Shown here: positions 47,369-57,798 of the stretch, in pieces | Layout of the letters: every line of letters starts with the position of its first letter | Numbering within the stretch: position 1 is the stretch's first letter | Assembly (NCBI GenBank): GCA_963697335.1 | Contig: CAVONQ010000018.1 | Coordinates: 288,001-352,000 of the forward strand | From: an uncultured cyanobacterium | GTDB taxonomy: Bacteria > Cyanobacteriota > Cyanobacteriia > PCC-6307 > Cyanobiaceae | Length of the DNA stretch: 64,000 nucleotides | Direction: 5' to 3' | Position numbers and translations under genes: made by a program | The notes under the pieces: model-generated | Databases searched by the model: none | Told to the model about the DNA's origin: nothing | What the model saw: only the letters and a program-made list of their open reading frames with translations

Positions 47369-48461
47369 GACAGAAGGCATTGCCCTGCGCCGGCAGTGCT
47401 GGGTCGAGGTCTGAAGGGGCGCTGGCCAGCACCAGCTCGCCGCCGAGGTGGTGGGCCAGATCCGCGGCCAGGGCCAGGCCGAGGCCACTGCCGGGCTGGG
47501 TGACCCCCGCCGTGCCCCTCTCCCCCCTGAGAAAAATCCGCTGGCGCTCCTGCGGCGGGATCGATGGCCCGCCGTCCCACACGATCAGCTGCCAGCCCCC
47601 CGCTGCCGTGGGCTGGCACTGCAGCCCCACCGCCGAGCCGCAGGGGCTGTAGCGAAAGGCGTTCTCGAGCAGGTTGGCCACGATTTCGGCCACCGCGCCG
47701 CTGTCGCCTTGCCACCGGGGCAGGGCATCGGGCCCCTGCCAGGGGCGCCCCTGCAGTGCCGCTGTGGCGCAGGCCCGCTGCACCAGGCGCTCCAACAGGG
47801 CACCGAGGGGCTGGACGGCGGCTCCGCCGAGGCTGGGGGGCAGCAGCAGCGGCCCAGGCCCCGGCTCCCGGGCGGGCTCGAGGCTGCCCCCCCCCAGCTG
47901 ATCGATGGCGTCCACATAGCGCTGCAGCTGCCGCTCCTCCTGCAGCAATCCCTCCACCAGGGGGCGGTTGCGCTCGTCCCCGTCCAGCCGCCGCAGCAGC
48001 AGCTGACCGAAGGTGCGCAGGGCGGCCAGGGGATTGCGCAGCTGATGCAGCAGCACGGTGAGTTGCTCGTGCTGGGCGAGCAGCTGCTGCTGCAGGCGCT
48101 GTTGCTCCAGGTCGAGGCAAAGCCCCTCGGTGAGGCAGAGGGCCACGGCCTGCAGGCGCTGGCGCAGGGGCTCGGGCCAGGGCAGAGCCGCGGTGTCGAC
48201 CTGCAGGGCCCCGAGCAGCACACCGCCGTGACGCAGCGGCAGCCAGCGGCGCAGATCGGCCACGGCGGTCAGCGGATTGTCCAGGGCCACCGCCGCAAGG
48301 GTGCGATTCGCCATCGGCCACTGGCCCACCGGCAGAAGCTGCGGGGTCTCTCCCTCCCCCACGTCGGCCACGTACACCACCAGCGAGGTCACGTCAGGCC
48401 GGTCGGCGAACTGGGCAAGCTGGAACTGGAGCAGGCTGAGAAAGCTCTTGGAGACAGCCAT
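47334..48461 (-). CDS. Sensor histidine kinase (Hik2-like)
   Basis: HQLRNPLAALRTFGQLLLRR (H box), NLLENAFRYS, VWDGGP.I, IF.RG.RG, GSGLGLAL. Confidence 0.9.
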   Translation of the reverse strand: MAVSKSFLSLLQFQLAQFADRPDVTSLVVYVADVGEGETPQLLPVGQWPMANRTLAAVALDNPLTAVADLRRWLPLRHGGVLLGALQVDTAALPWPEPLRQRLQAVALCLTEGLCLDLEQQRLQQQLLAQHEQLTVLLHQLRNPLAALRTFGQLLLRRLDGDERNRPLVEGLLQEERQLQRYVDAIDQLGGGSLEPAREPGPGPLLLPPSLGGAAVQPLGALLERLVQRACATAALQGRPWQGPDALPRWQGDSGAVAEIVANLLENAFRYSPCGSAVGLQCQPTAAGGWQLIVWDGGPSIPPQERQRIFLRGERGTAGVTQPGSGLGLALAADLAHHLGGELVLASAPSDLDPALPAQGNAFCLTLPAPAAPAP

Positions 48462-48540
48462 GACCCGGGCCCGGTGCAGCAGTCCAGAAAAGAATTTGGC
48501 GGAACGGGAAGCAAACCGAGAAAAAAAGCTTAATATCTCG

Positions 48541-48554
48541 GTAGCGACCACTAC
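48541..48554. promoter_or_regulatory. Putative NtcA binding site (GTA-N8-TAC)
   Basis: GTA-GCGACCAC-TAC next to an AT-rich tract in the divergent kinase/DUF3155 intergenic region. Confidence 0.55.
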
Positions 48555-48876
48555 TCCCTGAGCCGTCTTGGGCCTGGAGCGGTGTCTGGTCGGCTTCAGT
48601 TGCGCTTTTGCTCAAACGAAGCTACAGCAGTGGCAGGGCAGCCCGTTCGTCGGGCCGCTCCTCCTGCTGGGTTCCGCGCCTTCAGGGCTTTGCGGAACTT
48701 CCGACCCTGCTCTGCCCGTTCTGGGGCCACGGTCGTTTGCGCCACCCTTTGGATGCTGCCCAGCGTCCATCCAGTCCGTCAGCCCCTCGGCTCCACGCCG
48801 CCGGTCCATGGCCATCGGGCACTCCCCGTTCGGCCTCTCCAGTCCCCTCTCTCTCCCCGCCGCGGGAGCTGCCTCC

Positions 48877-49248
48877 ATGTCGAAGAAGCGCAAGCGGATC
48901 AGCCGCCGTCGTCTCGCCGGTCAGCGCGTCCTGGCCCATGTCTCCACGTTCAACCTGGAGACCGGCTCCCACAAGCCCGTGACGGCCGCCCGTCGCTACA
49001 TCGCCGAGCAGGCCCTGGTGCCGCCGGCGCTGCTCAACGTGCGCCGCAACGAGCACACCACCGACCGCTTCTTCTGGGGTGAGAAGGGGCTGTTCAGCGC
49101 CCAGTACGCCGAAGAGAACCACTTCCTGTTCCCGTCGCTGCGCTCCATTGTCGACAGCATCGGCGAAGAGGTGCTGTTCGAGGGCATCGAGGCCCTGGCC
49201 TCCGACGACTGGGAGGAAATGGAAGAGTACGAATACGCCTTCGTCTGA
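48877..49248 (+). CDS. DUF3155 family protein
   Basis: MSKKRKRISRRRLAGQRVLAHV..KPVTAARRYI..VRRNEHTTDRFFWGEKGLFSAQYAEENHFLFPSL. Confidence 0.88.
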   Translation: MSKKRKRISRRRLAGQRVLAHVSTFNLETGSHKPVTAARRYIAEQALVPPALLNVRRNEHTTDRFFWGEKGLFSAQYAEENHFLFPSLRSIVDSIGEEVLFEGIEALASDDWEEMEEYEYAFV

Positions 49249-49271
49249 TCTCCACCTGCTTCTGAGTCGGC

Positions 49272-49910
49272 TCAGGCCTCCATCCAGGCGTCTGCGATGG
49301 CGCTGCGGATGGAGGGGATCAGGGCGGTGTCAATGGTGTGACCGCCCGGGAAGCCCAGCAGTTCCACGCCGTGGCCGCCTGCGCGCAGCAGCCTGGCCAG
49401 TTCCACGCTGGCGGCGTAGGGCACCACCTGATCCTGCTGGCCGTGGGTGAGCAGCACCGGAAAGCCCTGACCGCCCGTGTCTCCCGGCTGCCAGCCCGGG
49501 TGGGGGTAACCGCTGCACGCCACCACCCCCGCCACGGCCAGGCCGGCACCGCCGCTGCTCACATTGAGGGCCATGGCGGCACCCTGGGAAAAGCCCAGCA
49601 GCACCGTGCGCCCCAGCGGCACCTCCTGGCCCAGGGCCTCCAGCCGCTGGCGCAGGTTCTCCAGGGCTCCAGGCAGTTGCGGCCAGCCGCTCTGCTGCAG
49701 GTCATACCACTGGCGGCCCATGCCACTCGGGTGCACTCCAGGGGCCCTCAGGGCCACCACGCTGGTGTCTGAGTCCACCAGCAGGTCGGCCAGATCGAGC
49801 AGGTCGTCGGCGTCGGCGCCCCAGCCGTGCAGCAGCACCAGACGCCGATCGGCGCTGCTGGGTCCCCGACGCAGCAGCGCCTCGGCCGATGGCGGTTGGG
49901 GGGCGGGCAC
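49272..49910 (-). CDS. Alpha/beta hydrolase (phospholipase/carboxylesterase)
   Basis: [32 protein letters not shown] (Ser-Asp-His triad). Confidence 0.92.
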   Translation of the reverse strand: MPAPQPPSAEALLRRGPSSADRRLVLLHGWGADADDLLDLADLLVDSDTSVVALRAPGVHPSGMGRQWYDLQQSGWPQLPGALENLRQRLEALGQEVPLGRTVLLGFSQGAAMALNVSSGGAGLAVAGVVACSGYPHPGWQPGDTGGQGFPVLLTHGQQDQVVPYAASVELARLLRAGGHGVELLGFPGGHTIDTALIPSIRSAIADAWMEA

Positions 49911-49993
49911 GGCGGTGGGGCGGGGCTGGCGCCAGAAGTCTGGGCCACGGGCCGCTGCGTAGGTTGGCCTCCTGCCCCTCCCCAGCTGCCGCC

Positions 49994-51574
49994 ATGGCCC
50001 CCACGGCTCTCCTGAGCGTGTCCAACAAGGACGGTCTGGTGCCCCTGGCCCAGGGCCTGATCGAGGCGGGCTACCGGTTGATCTCCAGTGGTGGCACCGC
50101 GGCGGCGCTGCAGGCTGCGGGCCTGGCGGTGACCCGGGTGGCCGAGCACACCGGGGCCCCGGAAATCCTGGGTGGCCGGGTCAAGACCCTCCATCCCCGC
50201 ATCCACGGCGGCATCCTGGCGCGGCGCCAGGACCCCTCCCACCAGGCGGATCTGGATGCCCAGGCCATCGACCCCATCGATGTGGTGGTGGTGAACCTCT
50301 ACCCCTTCCGCGAAACGGTGGCCGACCCGACCGTGCCGTTCGACACCGCCATCGAGACCATCGACATCGGAGGGCCGGCCATGGTGCGGGCGGCGGCCAA
50401 GAACCATGCCGATGTGGCGGTGCTGACCAGCCCGGAGCAGTACGGCCCCTTTCTCGAGGCCCTGGCCGCCGGGCCCCTCAGCCACGATCTGCGCCGGCGC
50501 CTCGCCCTGGAGGCCTTCGCCCACACGGCCGCCTATGACGGGGCGATCAGTCGCTGGCTGGCCGAGCGCCTGGCCGCGGAGCCAGGGGCTCAACCAGCGG
50601 CTCTGCCAGGGCCTGAAGCACCCGCGGAGCCCCTGCAGCTGGCGCTGCCGGCCCGCCAGGCGCTCCGCTACGGCGAAAACCCCCACCAGCCGGCCACCTG
50701 GTACAGCGCAGCCACCGCCGGCTGGGGCGCGGCTCGGCAACTGCAGGGCAAGGAGCTCAGTTACAACAACCTGATTGACCTCGATGCCGCCCTGGCCACG
50801 GTGCGGGAGTTCGGCTACGGCCCGGCCGCCCAGCCTGCGGCGGTGGTGGTGAAGCACACCAACCCCTGTGGTGTGGCCACGGGCAGTGGCTGCGCCGATG
50901 CCCTGCACCGCGCCCTGGAGGCCGATCGCGTGTCGGCCTTCGGCGGCATCGTGGCCCTCAACACGCCGGTGGATGGCGCCGCAGCGGCCCATCTCACCAG
51001 CCTCTTCCTGGAGTGCGTGGTGGCCCCGGCCTTAGAGCCCGAGGCCCGGGAGCAGCTGGCCGGCAAGGCCAACCTGCGCCTGCTGGAGCTGGACCCCGAG
51101 GCGATTGAGCGGGCGCCGCGCCAGCAGCTGCGCACGGTGCTGGGCGGCGTGCTGGCCCAGGAGCTCGACGATCAGCCCGCTGAGCAGAGCAGCTGGCAGG
51201 TGGTGAGCCAGCGCCAGCCCACGCCGCAGGAGCTTGCCGACCTGCGCTTCGCCTGGAAGCTGGTGCGCCACGTGCGCTCCAACGCCATCGTCGTGGCCCG
51301 GGACGGCCAGAGCCTGGGGGTGGGGGCAGGCCAGATGAACCGGGTGGGTTCGGCCCGGCTCGCCCTGGAGGCAGCAGGGGAGCGGGTACGCGGGGCCGTG
51401 TTGGCCAGCGACGGCTTTTTCCCCTTCGACGACACGGTGCGGCTGGCGGCCGGCCTGGGCATCCGGGCCGTGATCCAGCCCGGCGGCAGTGTGCGCGACA
51501 AGGACTCGATCCGCGCCTGCGACGAGCTTGGGCTGGCGATGCTGCTCACCGGCCGGCGCCACTTCCTCCACTGA
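49994..51574 (+). CDS. purH: Bifunctional AICAR transformylase/IMP cyclohydrolase
   Basis: [63 protein letters not shown]. Confidence 0.97.
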   Translation: MAPTALLSVSNKDGLVPLAQGLIEAGYRLISSGGTAAALQAAGLAVTRVAEHTGAPEILGGRVKTLHPRIHGGILARRQDPSHQADLDAQAIDPIDVVVVNLYPFRETVADPTVPFDTAIETIDIGGPAMVRAAAKNHADVAVLTSPEQYGPFLEALAAGPLSHDLRRRLALEAFAHTAAYDGAISRWLAERLAAEPGAQPAALPGPEAPAEPLQLALPARQALRYGENPHQPATWYSAATAGWGAARQLQGKELSYNNLIDLDAALATVREFGYGPAAQPAAVVVKHTNPCGVATGSGCADALHRALEADRVSAFGGIVALNTPVDGAAAAHLTSLFLECVVAPALEPEAREQLAGKANLRLLELDPEAIERAPRQQLRTVLGGVLAQELDDQPAEQSSWQVVSQRQPTPQELADLRFAWKLVRHVRSNAIVVARDGQSLGVGAGQMNRVGSARLALEAAGERVRGAVLASDGFFPFDDTVRLAAGLGIRAVIQPGGSVRDKDSIRACDELGLAMLLTGRRHFLH

Positions 51575-51651
51575 GCCCCAGGCCGGGCTGGACAGCGCCG
51601 TGGCGGGGCTCAGTTGTAGCTTCGCTGCATCGTCTCCGCCCCGGCCACGCC

Positions 51652-52119
51652 ATGCCTGAGTCGCTCGCCTACGGCCTCAACTTCCTGCATCCGCTGATGA
51701 TGTGGAGCCTGCTCGGGCTGTCCGGTTACGGGCTGTTCCTGGGCATCAAGGCCAAGAAGCTGCGCACGGCCCCCGATGCCGAGACCCGCAAGCAGCTGAT
51801 CAAGGGCCAGTACGCCAAGCGCCATTTCCAGGTGGGCAGTGTGCTGCTGGCCCTGGTGGTGCTTGGCTGCTTCGGCGGCATGGCCGTCACCTACCTCAAC
51901 AACGGCAAGCTGTTCGTGGGTCCGCACCTGCTGGTGGGGATCGGCATGACCTCCATGGTGGCCCTGGCGGCCGCGCTCACCCCCCTGATGCAGCACGGCA
52001 ACCTGATCGCCCGCAAGGCCCACGTGGGGCTGAACATGCTGATGGTCACCCTGTTCCTGTGGCAGGCGGTGAGCGGCATGCAGATCCTCAACAAGATCTG
52101 GGAGAACCGCCCAGCCTGA
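51652..52119 (+). CDS. DUF4079 family membrane protein
   Basis: FLHPLMMW, RHFQVGS, GGMAVTYLNNGKLFVGPHL, RKAHVGLN; four TM helices with conserved His. Confidence 0.82.
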   Translation: MPESLAYGLNFLHPLMMWSLLGLSGYGLFLGIKAKKLRTAPDAETRKQLIKGQYAKRHFQVGSVLLALVVLGCFGGMAVTYLNNGKLFVGPHLLVGIGMTSMVALAAALTPLMQHGNLIARKAHVGLNMLMVTLFLWQAVSGMQILNKIWENRPA

Positions 52120-52128
52120 GCCGCCCGC

Positions 52129-52872
52129 TCAGAACTGGGCCCGCCGCCTGGGGGGGCGCTCCAGGCCGTGGCTGGCGTGGAAATCCTCCTGCACCTTCCA
52201 GGTGAGCTTGCGGGACACCTGGCGCACGATCTGGCGCAGCAGGCGCTCACCACTGCTCTGCACCAGGCCATCCGGCAGCAGGGTGATCACCCCGGGCAGC
52301 CGGATCCACACGCTCAGGGCCAGCTCCCAGCGCACCAGCGTGAGGGGCGCCTCCAGCTCGGCGGAGTTGTCAAGCCGCAGTGAGGCCTGGAAGTCCACGT
52401 CGTAGAGACCCTCGAGGCCGGTGTCTCCCGCCGGGATGGGCATCGTGAGAATCCGGTAGACCCCCTCGCTCTGGGGCAGCAGCTCCAGGGCGATGGTGGG
52501 CTCCACCTCGAAGCCGAAGTTGCCGAAGCGCCCCAGGGTGAGGCTGTAGCCATTGGCTCCGAGGGGAGTCACGGCCATCGGCGCGGCGCAGCGGCGGAAC
52601 CAGCCCTCGTGGCGGTCGAGATAGAGGGCAACCGCCTCGCTGGGCGCCCCCATCTCCATCAGATCGGCGAAGTTGCTCTGGTACAGACGCACCCTGCTGT
52701 CGTCGGACTGGCGCAGGGGTGGGACGTCGTCCCGGTGGGCCGACTCGAGAGGTGCTGTCGACAGGGGGGTGGACGACAACAGCGACGGACGCAACGACAG
52801 GTTCAACCGGAACCGGCTCGGCAGACCCGGGACCTGAGCGCGTGGCTCCAGCCCATGGATCACTGTGCTCAA
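52129..52872 (-). CDS. DUF1997 family protein (start uncertain)
   Basis: YLDRHEGWFRRCAAPM..LGRFGNFGFEVEP..QIVRQVSRKLTWKVQEDFH. Confidence 0.82.
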   Translation of the reverse strand: MSTVIHGLEPRAQVPGLPSRFRLNLSLRPSLLSSTPLSTAPLESAHRDDVPPLRQSDDSRVRLYQSNFADLMEMGAPSEAVALYLDRHEGWFRRCAAPMAVTPLGANGYSLTLGRFGNFGFEVEPTIALELLPQSEGVYRILTMPIPAGDTGLEGLYDVDFQASLRLDNSAELEAPLTLVRWELALSVWIRLPGVITLLPDGLVQSSGERLLRQIVRQVSRKLTWKVQEDFHASHGLERPPRRRAQF

Positions 52873-52904
52873 GGTTCCACAGGAACCAATCTAGTGGCCC
52901 AGCC

Positions 52905-54131
52905 TCAGGCCTCGCTCAGCTCGATCAGCCGCTCGATCACCGCTTCCACGATCCGGTCCGGGGTGGAGGCCCCGGAGGTGATCCCCACCCGGATCGGTCC
53001 CTCCGGCAGGAAGGGCAACTCCTCGGTGAGTTCACCGCCCAGGGGCATGTGCTCAATGCGGTTGCCAGGACCGATGCGCTCGGGGGTGTCGATGTGGAAG
53101 GAGCGGATGCCTCGGCTTACGGCGATTTCCTGCAGATGGGTGGTGTTGGAGGAGTTGTAGCCGCCGATCACCACCATCAGGTCGAGGGGCTCATCCACCA
53201 GGGCGAACATGGCGTCCTGGCGCTCCTGGGTGGCATCGCAGATCGTGTTGAAGGCCAGGAAGTGCTCGTTCAGCTCGGCGGGGCCATGGCGCTGCAGCAT
53301 CGTGCGCTCCACCAGCCGGCCGATCTCCTCGGTCTCGCTCTTGAGCATGGTGGTCTGGTTGGCCACCCCGACCCGGATCAGGTCGCGGTCGGGATCGAAG
53401 CCCGGCGAGCAGGCCTTGGCGAAGCGGGCCATGAAGGCCTCCCGGGCGGCGGCCCGCTCCACGGCGCTGAGCTTCTGGCTGCCGAGCAGCACGTAGTCGC
53501 ACACCAGCTGCGCTTCAGCCAGGTCGAGCACCACCAGGTAGGTGCCGGCAAAGGAGCTGGTGGCCAGCGTTTCCTCGTGCTTCACCTTGCCGTGGATGAT
53601 CGAAGTGAAGGCATGCTTCTTGTGCTTCTCCACGGTGTTCCACACCTTCGAGACCCACGGACAGGTGGTGTCCACGATGTGGCAGCCGCGCTCGTTGAGC
53701 AGCTGCATCTCCTGCACCGTGGCGCCGAAGGCCGGCAGGATCACCACGTCGCCGCTGGCCACGTCGGAGAAGTCCTTCACACCCCCTTCCACGGCGATGA
53801 ACTGCACGTTCATGTCGCGCAGATGGTCGTTCACCGAAGGATTGTGGATGATCTCGTTGGTGATCCAGATCCGCTCGCTGGGGTAGTGCCGGCGGGTCTC
53901 GTAGGCCATCGCCACGGCGCGCTCCACACCCCAGCAGAAGCCGAAGGCCTCGGCCAGGCGCACGCTCAGCCGACCGCGCTGCAGCGCGTAGCCATTGCCC
54001 CGCAACTTGGCCACCAGATCGCTCTGGTAGGCCTGCTCGAGGCTGCCGGCCACCTCCTCGCCCAGGCCGAAGCCCCGGCGGTTGTAGCGCTCCGAATGGT
54101 GCAGGGATCGCTTAAACGCACGGGTATCCAC
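52905..54131 (-). CDS. ispH: 4-hydroxy-3-methylbut-2-enyl diphosphate reductase
   Basis: [54 protein letters not shown]. Confidence 0.97.
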   Translation of the reverse strand: MDTRAFKRSLHHSERYNRRGFGLGEEVAGSLEQAYQSDLVAKLRGNGYALQRGRLSVRLAEAFGFCWGVERAVAMAYETRRHYPSERIWITNEIIHNPSVNDHLRDMNVQFIAVEGGVKDFSDVASGDVVILPAFGATVQEMQLLNERGCHIVDTTCPWVSKVWNTVEKHKKHAFTSIIHGKVKHEETLATSSFAGTYLVVLDLAEAQLVCDYVLLGSQKLSAVERAAAREAFMARFAKACSPGFDPDRDLIRVGVANQTTMLKSETEEIGRLVERTMLQRHGPAELNEHFLAFNTICDATQERQDAMFALVDEPLDLMVVIGGYNSSNTTHLQEIAVSRGIRSFHIDTPERIGPGNRIEHMPLGGELTEELPFLPEGPIRVGITSGASTPDRIVEAVIERLIELSEA

Positions 54132-54213
54132 GGCGGCCCACAGCAGTGGCCGAACTCTATGGGCCCTCGCGCACGGTTGCCGAATTGCCGCAGCGGGGCC
54201 GTGGAGAGGGCTG

Positions 54214-54969
54214 TCAGAGCGGCTGGCGCGGCTCCACCTGCGCCAGTCCCTGCCAGTGGACGCCGCTGGCCGTGAAGCTGAACACGCAGGGCAGCACCTC
54301 CACGCCCGCCGCCAGGGCGGCCCGGAACAGCTCTCCATAGCGGGGATCGGCGGCATCCCCGGGGGCAAAGCGCTCCACGTCGCCCCGGCTCAGGCAGGGC
54401 AACAGCACCGCGCGGGCCCCCGGCAGCAGGGCCGTGAGCTCCACCAGGTGCTTCTGGCCCCGCTCGGTCACCGTGTCGGGAAAGAGGGCCAGCCGGCCCT
54501 GGGTCCAGGTGGTGTTCTTCACCTCCACGTAGATGGGGCGCAGATCGGCGGCCCCTGCCGCTGGCGTGAGCAGCAGGTCGATGCGGCTGCGGCGGTTCTG
54601 GCCATAGGGCACTTCGGCCCTGATGGCGCCGATTGGCCCGAGCTGGGGCTCCAGGCAGCCCGCCTCGATCGCCGCCCGCACCAGCCGGTTGGGCAGGGCG
54701 GTGTTGATGCCCACCCAGAGCGGCTTGCCGTCGGCGCCGTCCACCTCGGCCTGCTCCCAGGTCCAGGCCAGTTTGCGGCTGGGGGAGGGGGCATGGCGCA
54801 GTCGCACCCGCCCGCCGGGATGCAGCACCCCGGTCATGGGTCCGGTGTTGGGGCAATGGGCCGTCACCACGCTGCCGTCCTGCAGCTGCACGTCGGCCAG
54901 AAAGCGCTTGTAGCGCTTGAGCAGCACCCCCTCCACCAGGGGGCCCAGCTCCAGGATCAGCGGGGCCAT
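54214..54969 (-). CDS. sfsA: Sugar fermentation stimulation protein A (DNA/RNA nuclease)
   Basis: [50 protein letters not shown]. Confidence 0.95.
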   Translation of the reverse strand: MAPLILELGPLVEGVLLKRYKRFLADVQLQDGSVVTAHCPNTGPMTGVLHPGGRVRLRHAPSPSRKLAWTWEQAEVDGADGKPLWVGINTALPNRLVRAAIEAGCLEPQLGPIGAIRAEVPYGQNRRSRIDLLLTPAAGAADLRPIYVEVKNTTWTQGRLALFPDTVTERGQKHLVELTALLPGARAVLLPCLSRGDVERFAPGDAADPRYGELFRAALAAGVEVLPCVFSFTASGVHWQGLAQVEPRQPL

Positions 54970-55044
54970 GGGGCGGTTGCCGGTGCGGCGAAGGGACGCC
55001 CGCCATACTGCCGCTCGAGCCGACGGGGCCAGGGGCCCGCATCC

Positions 55045-56667
55045 ATGCCCCAATCCCTGCGTCGCATTGCCCTGATCGTGGCCGCTGCCACGGCGATCAG
55101 CAAGGTGGCCGGCCTGGTGCGCCAGCAGGTGATCGCCGCCTCCTTCGGGGTGGGCGTGGCCTACGACGCCTACAACTACGCCTATGTGCTGCCGGGCTTC
55201 CTGCTGATCCTGCTGGGCGGCATCAACGGTCCGTTCCACAGCGCCATGGTGAGCGTGCTGGCGCGGCGGCCCCGCCAGGAGGGCGCCCACGTGCTCGCGG
55301 CCATGAACACCCTGGTGGGCGCCGGCCTGCTGGTGGTGACCGTGCTGCTGCTCGTGGCAGCTGGCCCGCTGATCAGCCTGGTGGGGCCGGGCCTCGATGC
55401 CGAGCGCCACGCCATCGCCGTGGTGGAGCTGCGCTGGATGGCGCCGATGGCCCTGTTCGCCGGCCTGATCGGCCTGGGCTTCGGGGCGCTCAACGCGGCC
55501 GATGAGTTCTGGCTGCCCTCGGTGAGCCCGCTGCTCTCCAGCGTGGCGGTGATCGCCGGCCTGGGGCTGCTCTGGTGGCAGCTGGGGCCGGCCATCACCC
55601 TGCCGGAAAACGCCCTGATCGGTGGCGTGGTGCTGGCGGGCAGCACCACCCTGGGAGCTGTTCTGCAGTGGCTGATCCAGCTGCCGGCCCTGGCGCGCCA
55701 GGGGCTGCACCGCTTCCGGCTGGTGTGGGACTGGAAGGATCCCGGCGTGCGGGAGGTGCTGCAGGTGATGGGTCCGGCCACCCTCTCCTCCGGCATGTTG
55801 CAGATCAATGTGTTCGTGTCGCTGTTCTTCGCCTCGGGAATCCCGGCGGCGGCGGCGGGGCTCGGCTACGCCAACCTGCTGGTGCAGACCCCCCTGGGGC
55901 TGATCTCCAACGCTCTGCTGGTGCCGCTGCTGCCGGTCTACGCCAGGCTCACCGCTCCCCAGGACCGCCCCGAGCTGGTGGCGCGCATCCGCCAGGGACT
56001 GATGCTCTCCAACGCTTCGATGCTGCCGCTCGGGGCGCTGATGACCGCCCTGGCGGTGCCGATCGTGGCCCTCGTCTATGAGCGGGGGGCCTTCGATGCC
56101 GGAGCCGCCACCCTGGTGGGCCACCTGCTGATGGCCTACGGCATCGGCATGCCGGCCTACCTGGCCCGGGATGTGCTGGTGCGGGTGTTCTATGCCCTGG
56201 GCGACGGCGTCACTCCCTTCCGCTGGTCCTTGGCGGGGATCGGCCTCAATGCCATCTTCTGCTGGGCCTTTGTGGGGGGCCCCGTCCCCGGGGGCGGCCA
56301 GCTGCTGCCGGGGCTCTATGCCGGTGCCGCCGGGCTGGTGCTGGCCACCGTGGCCGTGAACCTGATCACCTGTGCCGCCCTGTTGCTGGCGCTGCAGGTG
56401 CGGCTCAACGGCCTGCCCCTGTGGCGCTGGGGACGCGACACCGCCCTGCTGCTGGCCGCTGCCGTGGCGGGTGCCGTGGCGGCGCGGGCCCTGGCCCTGC
56501 TGGTGGGCTGGCCCGACAGCCTGGTCGGCAGGGCCCTGCAGGTGGGCCTGAGCAGTGGGCTGGGGTTGCTCGTGTACGCCGCCCTCTCCCACTGGGCCAG
56601 GGTGCCCGAGGCCCAGCAAGTGGTGAACCAGCTGGGCCGCCGCCTGAGCTGGCCTCGCCGTCGCTGA
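55045..56667 (+). CDS. murJ: Lipid II flippase MurJ (MviN)
   Basis: SKVAGLVRQQVIA..FGVG..YDAYNYAY, GGINGPFH, YERGAF, RVFYALGD. Confidence 0.95.
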   Translation: MPQSLRRIALIVAAATAISKVAGLVRQQVIAASFGVGVAYDAYNYAYVLPGFLLILLGGINGPFHSAMVSVLARRPRQEGAHVLAAMNTLVGAGLLVVTVLLLVAAGPLISLVGPGLDAERHAIAVVELRWMAPMALFAGLIGLGFGALNAADEFWLPSVSPLLSSVAVIAGLGLLWWQLGPAITLPENALIGGVVLAGSTTLGAVLQWLIQLPALARQGLHRFRLVWDWKDPGVREVLQVMGPATLSSGMLQINVFVSLFFASGIPAAAAGLGYANLLVQTPLGLISNALLVPLLPVYARLTAPQDRPELVARIRQGLMLSNASMLPLGALMTALAVPIVALVYERGAFDAGAATLVGHLLMAYGIGMPAYLARDVLVRVFYALGDGVTPFRWSLAGIGLNAIFCWAFVGGPVPGGGQLLPGLYAGAAGLVLATVAVNLITCAALLLALQVRLNGLPLWRWGRDTALLLAAAVAGAVAARALALLVGWPDSLVGRALQVGLSSGLGLLVYAALSHWARVPEAQQVVNQLGRRLSWPRRR

Positions 56668-56692
56668 CCGGCCAGGCCAGCCCGGGACTGAA

Positions 56693-56953
56693 TCAGGGCC
56701 TGGGCCCCACCTGGCGCTCCTCGCGCACCTGCAGCGGCAGCTCCAGATGGGAGCGACCCAGCAACTGGGGGCCCTGCACCGACACGATGCGGGCCTCGAT
56801 GCCGAAGTCGCGGAAGGCGGTTTCCAGTTCCTGGATCAGGGCCTTCTCGACCTGGGCCTCCGCATCCACCACCTTGCCGATCAGGCGGCTGCCCAGTTTG
56901 CCGATCCGCTTGCCGACGACATCGCGGGCATTGGTGACCTCAATCAGCAGCAC
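56693..56953 (-). CDS. Hypothetical protein
   Basis: Protein-like 86-aa ORF LLIEVTNARDVVGKRIGKLG..DAEAQVEKALIQELETAF..FGIEARI, co-oriented with DUF3181. Confidence 0.75.
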   Translation of the reverse strand: MLLIEVTNARDVVGKRIGKLGSRLIGKVVDAEAQVEKALIQELETAFRDFGIEARIVSVQGPQLLGRSHLELPLQVREERQVGPRP

Positions 56954-57006
56954 GGCCCATGGGCATGGGGCGCAACCTTATCGGCCTTCATCGCAAAACG
57001 GCCCAT

Positions 57007-57297
57007 CTAGCTGCAAAAGGGTTCGAGCACGTCTTCCAGATCCCGCAGCTGCCCGGGGGGCACCAGCCGGGCCAGGGGCAGGCGGGTGCTGCCACCGCCG
57101 ATCGGCACCTGCACGGCCTCCAGGGCCTGGCGGGCACACACGCCACTGCCGGCGTCGAGCCGGGCCGCGCACTCGATGGCCAGGGTCTGGGCCAGGCCGG
57201 CATCGCCCAGGTAGAGGTGCCAGCCGGCCACCTGCAGGTAGAGCCGGTCGGCCAGGGCGAGTTCCAGGTCCTTCAGTTCACTGGCGGAGAGACTCAT
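57007..57297 (-). CDS. DUF3181 family protein
   Basis: LADRLYLQVAGWHLYLGDAGLA..VQVPIGGG..LPL. Confidence 0.82.
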   Translation of the reverse strand: MSLSASELKDLELALADRLYLQVAGWHLYLGDAGLAQTLAIECAARLDAGSGVCARQALEAVQVPIGGGSTRLPLARLVPPGQLRDLEDVLEPFCS

Positions 57298-57533
57298 GCT
57301 TCAGGGCTCGGACGCATGGCGATCACCACCCCAATGTGCATCAGCAGGCCCGTCAGCCAGAGAAGGCTCACCAGGTTGAGGTGCGTCCAGGGGTGACGCA
57401 GCTCCTGCACCACCCAGAGGCCGCTGTTGATCGCAGCAAACAGGGCGGCGTGCAGGGTGAGGTTCACGATCCGCTCGAAGTGCCGGAAGGTGGGGTCTTC
57501 CGGGTTGGAGGGGCCGTACCAGCGGATGGGCAT
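57294..57533 (-). CDS. Small two-TM membrane protein (2TM-domain-like)
   Basis: MPIRWYGPSNPEDPTFRHFERIVN..H..LFAAINSGLW with two hydrophobic helices. Confidence 0.75.
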   Translation of the reverse strand: MPIRWYGPSNPEDPTFRHFERIVNLTLHAALFAAINSGLWVVQELRHPWTHLNLVSLLWLTGLLMHIGVVIAMRPSPEA

Positions 57534-57604
57534 GGGAGAGCTCTGGAGGATCAGGGGCGGACCGATTGACGGATGGGCCCTCCGTGCGCTGAGAATGGTG
57601 CCAT

Positions 57605-57678
57605 GCGCTTGTAGCTCAGCGGATTAGAGCATCTGACTACGGATCAGAGGGTCGGGAGTTCGAATCTCTCCAGGCGCG
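57605..57678 (+). tRNA. tRNA-Arg(ACG)
   Basis: Acceptor stem GCGCTTG/CAGGCGC, anticodon arm TCTGA-CTACGGA-TCAGA, T arm GGGAG-TTCGAAT-CTCTC. Confidence 0.97.
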
Positions 57679-57694
57679 CTTCTCAGACCACCCT

Positions 57695-57722
57695 GCCCCG
57701 GCCTTGCCGGGGCTCTTTTTTT
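57695..57722 (+). terminator. Rho-independent terminator after tRNA-Arg
   Basis: GCCCCGGC-CTT-GCCGGGGC followed by TCTTTTTTT. Confidence 0.85.
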
Positions 57723-57798
57723 GGCTTCTCCCCTCGGCGCGGCGGGCGCCCACCGCTGACGTGTCTTTACGATCAGCGCAAGACCCAGGACTGCTCCA

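Noticed and set aside
54214..56619. Apparent 801-aa SfsA fusion and 803-aa MurJ in the ORF track
   Set aside because: Each is a real gene extended by the antisense shadow of its divergent neighbour; true starts are about 54969 (sfsA) and 55045 (murJ).
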